NCBI GenBank assembly: GCA_964247055.1
Contig: OZ176055.1
Location: 5,952,001 to 6,016,000, forward strand
Source of the DNA: Paragordius varius
Lineage: Eukaryota; Animalia; Nematomorpha
DNA: 64,000 nucleotides
Direction of reading: 5' to 3'
The notes under the pieces are model-generated. The model was given only the letters and a program-made list of their open reading frames with translations, made no database searches and was not told where the DNA came from. The translations under genes were made by a program, and so were the position numbers. Below are positions 29,854 to 41,800 of the stretch, piece after piece. Position 1 is the stretch's first letter. Each line of letters begins with the position of its first letter.

Positions 29854-32800
29854 TTTTGAAAATATGGCCATTTTTTTCAACCCTTGATCTCGTTACACCC
29901 TGAATGGTTACACGTGTACACTATATAGTTTAATATGTTTCCAATTTACATCCCTTTTTATTTTGCAACCCAAAAGAAAGGTTTATAAATAGGTGTAAAA
30001 AGTATGGCTGTTTTATTTGTTTCTTATTTGTTGCAATATGTTTATTAATCTCCAATATCTTATTATCATTTTGTATTGGAAAAAAAGGTTTGGATGAAAC
30101 ACCTGTGTCTACGCTTGAACAAGCCGAAGCCCTGATAAAGAATGTTGATATGTTTAGACCAACCATGGATGGCACCAAAGATAAAATAAATTCTCTGACG
30201 GCATTTTCCCAGAAATTAACTTTACCAGAGTAAGAGAATTTCGCTAGTAAACACTAGGGTTGGGGTTTTTTGATTGATTAAAGTATGATAACCGATCTGG
30301 ATCTGCCCGATTATTTTATATCCAGTCATTGACTGTCATTAAATATTAGAAATGCAATTAAAATTTATACATAAAATAAACGAAACCAATCAAATTGCTT
30401 CAAGTACTGTGTAGATAAATTTTAAATCACAGCAAGTAATTAGGTGATGTTTCATTTTTACATTACATTAAAATTTTATATCATTATTTTTTTTATACAA
30501 CGTGACTATTTGCTGAAATAATAGGCCCTATTTTTGATACATTTAAAACCGGCCACACCCAACCTTAGTGTAAACATTTTTTTGAATTTTTGAGATAAAA
30601 TTGTATACATATATAATCTATTTTTTCATTTGTTAGAAGTGAATCTGATATTTCACCCTGGTCTGATACTATCAAGGCCAAAGTCGAAGGCTTTCAACGG
30701 CGTTTTAGTGCAAACCATGAAGCCCTTGACCGAAAATATGGTGAACTGAAAGATTTATCCCATTTACAGGGACTCTTGAAACAAATGTCCGATTTGGAAG
30801 ATTGGATTATGGATAAATCACGCATGGCTCATGATGACACATATAGGTACATAAAATTTATTTTGCCTACTTATCGTTTTAATTTTTTAATTTATGACAG
30901 AATACCTAAATAAGTTAGTTTTATAATGTATTGTATGTTATTAATCTTTTAATATATTAAGAGTTTAGTTGCTAAAAAAGAGAATTCTTTAATTACTATA
31001 ATTGCAATAATAATATAATTATATAATGTTAAAATATTAAGTTTTTATTTTCTTTATCGTGGAGAAAAAAGCTAATAACCAATCAAAACGCGCAAAAACA
31101 AATCATCATAGCTAATTGATTAGTCAGTTGTCGTTATTACGCTCTTAACACAACTTATATTTATTTTTGAATTTGACTTACTTTTTTTTGCCACAGAGAT
31201 TCCAAAACAGCTCACACTAAATGGATGAGACATCAAGCATTTGCCGCCGAAATTCGTGCCAATCGGGATCGTTTAGAAGAAATAAAGGATTCATGTCGAG
31301 AGTTTGTGGAAAAATATCCAACCTATCAAGCCATAGTCGATGAAAATTTGGCTCAACTTGAACGCGATTGGGATGATCTTGAAACGGCTACTAAGCGGAA
31401 AGGCAGCAAAATTTTTGAAGCTAACAAAAAAGTTTTTTTTTCTTTTCGTTCCCTTTTCCATAAATGTATTTGTGTGATGTAGTAATGATTGATTAATGAC
31501 ATCCTATTTAGGTGTTTTATTAAATGAAAATGATTGTGTTTAATAACAGATGATAATGTGTTTTTAAAGGCAAAAAAATATTTGATTCTTGTTATACTAC
31601 CCCTAAAATTTCACATTGTAAAAATTTTGCTGTGCGCCCCATTCAGCATTTAAAGTTTTATCTATAGTCATACATTTAATTTATAACGTATTCTATTACA
31701 GATTATATATGAACAAACTTGCCAAGATATCGATCAATGGACGCATGATATTGAAGAAAATATTTTACCCAATCAAGATTATGGGAAAGATTTGACATCC
31801 GTCAATATTTTATTGAGACAACAAGAGGAAATTGAAAAGCAAATGGCACAAAAGAAGTATCAAATCGAAGAACTCCAATTAGCACGTGCCGGTATCCCTA
31901 GAGAGTCTATAGTTGAACAAGACATGCATTTGCAAAGCCTGGCACCTTTAACGGGTATATTTAGTATATTTTTTTGAAATTAAAAACATTTATCCTCTTT
32001 TTTGCACTTTGTGAGTAGACTTCTTTTTACGGCTTTTTTGCATTTTTTACTGCAACACTATTTACGCGCATTGTTTTTATCAGCAAATCGAGTAAGCGCG
32101 TCTAAGAAAAGCCTTATTAAAACCTAGATAATTTAAGTTTCTGTTACAAATATAAATATTTTTTAAAAAAAAGTTCGGTTGGTTATTTAATTACAAATAT
32201 AGGCTGACCCCTTGACAACAGAGATCCATCCATCCATATAGGCTGAAAAGGATTTATAACTTTACATAAAAAACAAGATTGAATGAATTATTGTTAAATT
32301 TAATTGAATGTGAGCTTATATTGTTTAGATTTCAACGTGAATATTTAAATAAATTAAAATAGTTACTAAATAAGTTTACATTCTTTTTAGCCACTACCCT
32401 ACCTACACCACAAACGGCTTACACCGTCGTTGATGATGGAACAGATCGAACTGATATAGCTATGACTATATCGCCGGAAAAACAGCTGGAAATTCAACGA
32501 GACCGAGCGCAACAGAGTCAAATCCAGGGCAAATTTGATACGCTAGCTGACCCTCTTATGGAACGAAAAACTCGACTTCAGCGTCAAAAAGAAATTTTTG
32601 AATTTCAACGCGACTGCGAGGATGAGAAACTTTGGTTGGAAGAAAAGGTCCCGCAAGCCACGAGCACAAACTATGGAAACAGTCTTGTATCGGTCCAAGC
32701 ACTCCAAAAGAAAAATCAAGTAAATTGTTTTTTTCAAGCATTTTTTTAGTTTTGTGGTATTTAAAGGATAGATTATCTGAAACTTTTAAGAAAAATCTTT

Positions 32801-35800
32801 TCATATGGTTAAAACAGCTCTCATTTTTTAGAGATTTAGTTGATGTTTTTGGTAATAATGCTAAAAAATCTTGATTTGATTATTAGTGTTTGGAATCTAA
32901 CCAGTTTCTTGCAATAAATTATATTATGTTATTACCTTAAATATTTGATTTCATTGTTCTAAATTAAAAACCCTGGATGTAAATCATATAACTGTTTTTC
33001 CAGACTCTACGAAGCGAAGTGTTGGGACATGAACCACGCATTCACGCTCTTTGTGAGAGAGGCATGCATTTAGCCGAACAGTGTCCTCAACAAGCTGATG
33101 ATTTTGAAGCACAAGTTTTTTTCCAATTTATTTTTTTGAAAAAAAATTAATTAAATATTCTAACAAAAAAGAGAGATAGGATATAAAAGAAAACCACGCC
33201 TTATTATTAAAAAATAAGCCTTGAAAATCAAATATTAAATAACGGAACCTATTTCTGTTCTTATTGAATCTATATTTGTTTCCGGTTTAGGTCCACATAT
33301 TTTTGTGAAAAAAAATGTTTATAATTTTATTTGTGTAAAGGAATAGAAGAGACGAAAAATGTATTAAATATTACTTTTATCTAAAAAAATTAGTATACAC
33401 TTTTGTCAACTGAAATAAACCATGTTTGGTTCCCAAACGTTTTAAGAGCTCATTCATTTATGGTTTTACCATAAGAACCATTTCGATTCCAATCTATTGT
33501 AAAAAAAGTTATGTTCATATTTTGTTTATCACACACAACCTTGATTATACTAAAAAATACGGGTTCAATTTCAAAAAAATTCACATTTTGTTTGGACCAA
33601 CTATTATTTAGTTGTTAAAAACCGTTCCGGCTCCACAAAATCTCTTGTAAAAAAAGTTATATATATTTCTCACATAACTCCTACTATCCAGGTACAAGAA
33701 CTATTAGCTAAACTGCAACGACTCAAACAGGCTATCGATGAACGTGATTCTGCCCTGGAGGTTTCTCTTTTGGCTCAACGTTATTACTATGATGTGAGCG
33801 AGTCTGAGGCCTGGTTAAGTGAACAAGAGCTGTATATGATGGGCGCTGAACGTGGTAAGGATATGAGTGCAGTCACTGCCCTAAGCAAAAAACATGCAAA
33901 CACTGAAGCCTTAATTGCCAATTATGCCGATCAAATTAGACGGTTGGGAGAACGGGCCCAAAAACTCATTGAACAGGAACATCCTGAAAGGTTTGATATG
34001 ATTTTGAAATGAAATTGGATATGATTTAAAAAATGTATTTTTGGTGGTTATATCATGGTATTGGTAAATATTGATTTTATAATGGGTTTAATAACTAACC
34101 AATTTTTTTATCGTTTAAATCCAGGAAAAATATGTGATTGATATTCCATAGGATATATTTTCGTGATCAAGATGGTTAGGTCCTTTTTCTCTTGGTGTAT
34201 GCAATAAATTTATTTTGAAAGTATATTTTTGGGGGTAATATGTCAGATAACATAAGTTTTTATATTCTTATAATGTGTAAAACAATGTGAATTCAAATAT
34301 CCTATGGGGGCAAAACGCAACAAAAACACTATAATTTGATTATCATTGACCATATTTTATTCCTTGCTGTAATAATGTTCTTGTAGCATTTTCTAAGAAA
34401 TAATGGTTTATGTATCATTAAACTATGTTATAATGTGGATGTTGCAAGATGTATATACTATAAACTTTTAATTTTTGATCAGGGCTCACGAATTTTTATC
34501 TTCATATTTTGTTAATTATACTTCATAACAATATAGTTTTACCATTATTAAAAGTTGTGAATGTCTAAATCTTTTACCATTCATACACTTTATAAAATTC
34601 CAACTTTATTATTGTAAACATATATTTACTTTACAGTGATAAAATTGCTGTTAAACAAAATCAAGTTGAAAAGTTGTATGCCAGCTTGATTGAAATGTGT
34701 CGTGAACGTAATCGAGATCTGAAAGCCAGCGCTGCCCTTTATGAATTATCCAGTTCAATTGAAGATATTGAACAATGGATAGCTGATAGGGAGGTTGTGG
34801 CCTCTAGTCATGAATTGGGACATGATTATGAACATGTTTTAGTATGTTTTACCTTTTCATTTTTGAGCATTTCTTTCCAAAAATTGATTTTTTGAAAGCA
34901 TTTTTTAGTATTTTGGTTCATTTGAAATCGTAGCTTTTTATATCACTCACTATTTAAATTTTAAGGAAATGGTTGTCTTTTTGGGAAAATTATATGGCAT
35001 CATGGGTTTTTTTAATCAAAATTGTGTTGTTGTTTAAGGTTCATTTTTAATGGTGCACTATTATATATACAATTTTTGTGATAGAATTCTATATTAAATA
35101 CCATCCTTTTTTAGCAATACAAGGTTGGCAATTTTTTAATTATTTGTCCATATGTTTTCAATAATGTGTCATTGTATCAAACTATGCATTTTCTGTAAGT
35201 TTTTCGAATACCCTAAATTCTCCTCGTAATTTCTCATCTGAAAGTCGGATTAATTACCGATCTTAAAAATGTTGGGTTATTTTGAAGCTCGTTTAATGTG
35301 TGGGAAAGAAATATCACAGTCTGTATTTTCTGAATGTTGTTATTGTTTCTATGTGATATATAATATATAGGTTGAGAACTTACTTAATAGCGAATACAAA
35401 TTTTAATAACTAATACTAACATTTAGCGATTACGGGACCGGTTTACAAGTTTTTCCAAGGAAACGGAAAAGGTTGGAGCCGAAAAAATGGCAGCTGTTAA
35501 TAAAGCATGTGACCTTATGATTAGAGAGTTTACTGAAAGGTATTGTTATCTAAATATAAAAATACCCTTTTTTCAATCAAACTCGGCACACTCAACAATA
35601 ATTTTTTATTAAAATATTTTTTAAACATTTAAATGATAAAAACTCCATTACCTTTTGGGGTAGTTTTATATCCGAGAGCAATTTGAAATTTAGTTATCTT
35701 AAAAAAGTATTTAAGGTAATAAGCCGAATTCAAAAATATGCTTTCTTTAGCCGTTTAGACGCATTATACAAAAAAATTTAAAATAATGTAAAAACGTAAA

Positions 35801-38800
35801 ATATCTTTATCCCAAACTTTTTTGCCGCCATTTTTCTATAATTTTTTTTTGATCGCCAATGCAACAGGCAAATAAATGTATATTATGATTAAAAAATGTA
35901 AATAAATAACTTTAATAGGCTTTCAGGCTACATTTTACCAGAAATAATTTCATATATTTTGAATTTAATATTAGGCGCTCGTTTTAATCGTGTTTTGGAG
36001 CTGTCCCAATTTAAGAGGACTTTAAAATTCACAAAACTGTAAAAAATATAAGCTTTTTTATCTAAAACATGAGAACAATGTTTGATAATTAAATTTTAGA
36101 TATAATAACTAACCGTTTTATTTTCAAACATGTGCAAAAAGTGGAATGTTATTGAAGTGTTCATAAGTATTGAAAATTATTAAATCTTGGATCTTTTTAG
36201 TTTATTAAATTGCATATTTATTTAATTTCTATTCAAAAAAGCGTTGGTATGGGTGAAAACTTTACCTCAAAGTAAATTTATTTTTAATTTGAAAAATAAT
36301 CTGTAAATAAGATAAACCAAAAAAATCAAATAAAATTAAAGGTTGATGGATTAAAACTTTCATTAAAGTGTATGTTGAGTTTAATTGAAAAAAGGGCTAT
36401 ACTTACATATATACCATTTACAGTTCGAATTCACCCTTAAACAATTCAATATAATATTTTTAAAATATGGAATTCTTGATGATATAGTAGGTAGGGCGCC
36501 GGACTCTTACACTGCGTGCCAGAGTTCGAACCCCGGAACTACCCATTTTTTCCATCATCACTGTCAGACCTGGGCTGGCAGGCGAGTGTTAAAAGCCTTC
36601 GCATGTTCGGACACAATTTAAGTCCCTACCCTTTAATAAAAAAGGAAAAAGACACTCTAAACTGTATATTCTGTTTAAAATTAATATAATGCTGAAAAAA
36701 TTATAAATTATGTCGTAAAAATATATTTCATATAAGTGATGAGTTATATTATCCCGAAAACACATAATTTATTTTTAGGGTGAATTTGAATTGTGAATGG
36801 TTAACTTTGCACTAAAATATTTTTTGGGGGATAATCATCAAATCTATATATATTAGATCTTCGAATGTTTCTTTGACATCTGGTACCACGCCTGTCCCAA
36901 CCATTTCATCATCGAATCAGCCATCAGAAAATATCGTTGATGGAAGCTCTTATGAAACAGGTTTCGATAGTGTATTTATGCAATTAAAATCAAATAGTTT
37001 ATTTGTTTTATTTTACCAAAGTATATAAAAAATACACATTTTTTTCATAAAAGCAACATCAATGCATAAGCCACTCTTATATATATAAAACGTACTTTGT
37101 TGAATTTTGAATGTATCATTTAAACGTTAAAATATTGTTTTTGAATAATAAAAAGATATGTTTGATCGAAAACGGATATAAATACTATAATTGATATGTG
37201 GTTTCAAAACTAACTACGCAAATATATTTCTGATACTTGAAAATAATTATATTTAACATATGTTACTCTCCTGCATCTTTTTTATCCCTTACACTATATA
37301 AATATTTCCTTACACCATACTTTATTGCAAAGAAAAATTATAGTAATAAAACCCTTTATATATCATTTCTTTTACAGAATCTAATATGAATGCAGCCCGA
37401 CACCATCCGAAAATGAATAACAACACCTCTTCAATCGTGTATGATTCTGAAGACACTACACGCATTAGCATTTGGAAGGAGTATATCAATGAGAAATGGG
37501 CCGATTTATTGGAACTGCTAGCGACACGGTCTGAGCTCTTAGATGCCGCCCTTGACCTCTACAAATACCATTATGATTGCCGCGAAACCCTGGGACTCAT
37601 TACTGTAAATTATAGTTTATAATTTAATTGGTTATTTTATTCAATTCATTAAATATGCAATTAATGTTGAGTTTGAATGGATATAAATGCATGCATGGCC
37701 ACACTGTAAATGTGTAATAATCAGTTGGAAATTGGACAAATTTCTTTAAAATTTCTAATGGTGAATGTAATTTAGTCTTAAAGTTCCATCGAAATCTTTA
37801 GTTAATATAATTCAATGAAACCAGTTTTACAGCATATATTTGTTTTGGTGTAAATGCATTTGTATTTGTTTTATTATTTGACTCGACCGTGAATGACCCC
37901 TGTAATTTTATACGGGATCAGACCGTTTATTATTTTTCGGTTAAAAAACTAAAAAATATAATGCAATTATCAAAAACAACAAACATACAGGAAAAGAAAA
38001 ATTCCATGTCGGAAGAATTAGGACGTGACATGAGCAGTGTAACAATGTTGGAAAGGAAACATCAAACTTTTGCAAAAGATTTGGAATCATTAGCATCTCA
38101 AGTATGTTTATCAATCATTATTTATGTTTAATAAAAAAAATTTCTCAAACAAATTGATTTGTACACCTGGATATTAAAATAACTTTTAAAAAACGAATAA
38201 TATATTTTTTTATCTTATTTTATTTTAAACTAAAGTCTCATTATAGGCAAAAAATATATTTTATGCCATTATCTAGCAATAATAAAGAAACGTAAAAATG
38301 CCGGACTTTTTTTTTATAAAATACCCATCTTTATAAAACTTTTTTATGTTATATTGTGAAATATATGATTGAGAGTATTATTAATTACATATCTATTCCA
38401 TATTTCACAACCCAGAATGATAGATTATCTTAAACACAAAGTTGATAAAATTGGATTCCTATTAAAACAACATTTGTTTTTTAGTTTTTACGTTTTGTCT
38501 TTATAATTTTATTTGTTAGCAAAACATCTCGTCCAATTTTATTTTCTCTTAAAGTATTAAACAATTAAATAATATATATTTCTTTTACTCCTCAGGTACT
38601 AAACATAAATGAACGTTGCACCGCACTAAGTACGCGTTATGCGGGCGAAAAGGCGGCCGCAATCATTGAAACTGATGCCAGAGTGAATGCCGCTTGGCAA
38701 GCTCTCACTGCTTTAGTCACGGCCCGGGGACATAAACTCCACGATACGGCAGATTTATTTGCCTTTTTCAATGCCGCTCGAGACTTGCAGTTGTGGATGA

Positions 38801-41800
38801 TTGATACGGATAAAGGTAGTGTACAGTGCTAGTGCGTTTTGAAATTTGTAATTTGTTCTTTTTTGAAACACTTTTTTGGACATTCGTGCTTTTAGTTAAC
38901 GCAATATTCATATTTCTTTATTTATTACGTGTTTACTTTTGAAGGTTTTATTGAGATGGTGGTATAAACTTTAAAAATTTGATGTGTCCTTACATCAAAA
39001 GTGGGAATTCGAAAAATTTCTCGAAAAGTTGTAATATAATGCGTATATTTTTGACCACCTTATCAAAATTTTGATACACAGATGCCTGATTTAGTCTAAT
39101 GCATGGATAAATTGGGAATTTTAACACTTGTACACATATATTTATGCAACATATATTTTTACCATCTCATATTTACATCATTATTCGACTGATCATCTTT
39201 TTACTTCATCATTATATCGCAAAACTGTTTTAACGGTCATAATTTTGAAAAAACTCACTCACCAAATTTTTATTGTTATATAATCCAGGTATGAAAAGTA
39301 GCAGCAGTATTAAACCAAGGGATGTGTCAGGAGTTGAACTTCTTATGAATGGACATCAAGCCGTCCGGGCCGAAATTGAAAGTCGAGACGAATCATTTTC
39401 CGGCCTGTTTGATATGGGGAAAGAATTATGTCTTCGGAAACATTATGCGGCGCCTGAAATCAAACGAAAAATGGAGGAAATCAATGCGGCCCGTAATGGA
39501 CTTATAGAGCGTTGGGAACATCGATGGGAATACCTCCAATTAAGTATTCTTTGACTGAATATAAGATTCATATATATCATTTACAGCCTAAATTGACCAT
39601 TGAACATTTCAAGTTAACCCTAAATTAAATTATGTTTTTTGAAATAAAAAATTACCTCTCTTTTATTATATTTAAAAAACGAAACTTTAAAATTAACATA
39701 ATATAGGTAATAAAAAATGACATAAAGAAATATTTGATATCAATAAGATTTAGCAAAAACTCAAATTTATGTTTAGGTTTAATTTGAATTGTATAATCAA
39801 GGGTGAGCTTAATGTTTATTTGGTTAAAGTTAAAATTGATATTTAAAGTAAAATGCATAAATAGTAAACTAAAATTTTTCATTCCTTTACCATATTATAT
39901 CTTATAGTGCAGTTTAAAATATAAAATTACGGTAGTACCACCGCATCTTTATTCTCAATTGCAAGTCTAAACTATAGGTTTTTTGAAAAACAAGTTTTTT
40001 AAATAAATCGTTGTCTTTTGCTGTTTATGATTTGTTTTTATTAATTATATATAAATAATAATTTTTTTTATAGTTTTGGAGGTTTATCAATTTTCCCGAG
40101 ACGCTGCTATAGCAGATGCTTGGCTATACTCACAAGAACCGTATGTCAGAAGGATTGATCTTGGAGTATTTTATAATAAATATAAAATTAATATACATAA
40201 AAAAATATAACACCACATATTTTATATACAGAATTCATTGGATGAGGTGGATAAATTGTTGCGGAAACATGATGCGTTTGAAAAGTCGCTATCTGCCCAG
40301 GAAGATCGTTTTATGGCTTTAGAAAAATTAACAACGGTTTCAATTTATTTTCAACAAATACTATTTTTTTAATATATTATGTTTTAGATAATTTATACGA
40401 ATCGGATCTGTATTTATATGATTATACAATAATATCCATTAAAAGGTCATGATTTAATATATAACCGCTGATATTCATTCCATATACTCAACATAATATT
40501 CGAGGTTACATAAGACAAAAAATTTATTAACATAGACATTAAAATTTTTATGACAAAACATAAAAATTAAACGAAAAATTTATATTTTTTAAAAAAATTT
40601 GTTTTTTCTATTTAACCTAAATGATTACCAGTGTGAAATAGCTAATTGAGTGTTTTACCAATTTTATCCTTATTTCCTTAGTTTTTAATTGTAATCTTTC
40701 AGGTTTATATAAATTATCAACTCTGCAAATTTTTGTCTTTAGAATTTCGAATTTTTATTGTGCGATTGACAAATATATCCTTAACAAAATTAATATTTAA
40801 TTTTATGTCAAAAAAAAACTTTGCTTAATTTTAGCTTGAAATACGAGAAGCTCAACGCAAATTAGAGGCTGAACGTAAGCTTAAAGCCGCTGAAGAGGAA
40901 AACAAGCAACGAAAACAATCGGAAATAATAGCTCGTAAATCACATCAATCTGGAAAAGCGGATGTTAGTTTATTGGACACGTCTGGAGATACTGAACACA
41001 CGTAAAACAACATTAAACATATAAAATTAATCTGTTAAGAAATGAATATTTACGTTACACTTTTGGGTGCTTTTATATTGAGTTTATTTTAAAAGGAATT
41101 GAAATGGTATTTAGTATTTTTTAGCAACATATATTGACTTAGCAAACATAACAGTTTTTTTAAATCATAATTATTGTTATTTATCCAAATTTTTAAAATA
41201 TTATCAATGGTTTAGACCCGATGTTACTGTAATGGATGGTGATAGGAGTGGACGCCGTAGCACTGATGTTGCCGGTAAAATATAATCGATATAATCAAAG
41301 AGTTTTTGATAAAAATTATATATGCATTTTCTCATTAATTTTTTATTTAGGTCGTCCATATACTCCTTCAACGTTGAGTGCAGGAAACAGTACTATTGGA
41401 TTCATGGAGGGTCCTTTGATCAGAAAATGCGTTTGGCAAAGTGCGACAAAAAAATCAGGACATCGGTAAAAGAATCTTTTATTATAATAAAATCTTGAAG
41501 ATATATGCCAAATTTTTGATAAAAAATTATTAGCTATATGCTTATTTTGATGTGGTATTTTTTTTAGTTAACGATTATAAGCTTACTTTTATAATTGTTT
41601 CAATAAATTACAGTAAAAATTGAAATAATACGGACAAAACGTAAAAATATAAAGACAGAATTTTTTTCAAAAGTCAACCATACACTTTTCAAACCTTAAT
41701 TTATTTTATTAATAATTTAATATCAATCGTAAAATATATAATTGATTGTGTTATTAATTTACATCTCGAATCTATACTTTGGAGTTAACATTGTCTGATA

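Noticed and set aside
36472-36545. Functional tRNA-Lys(CTT)
   Set aside because: Acceptor, anticodon and T stems pair poorly. It continues into a non-tRNA body inside a MITE.
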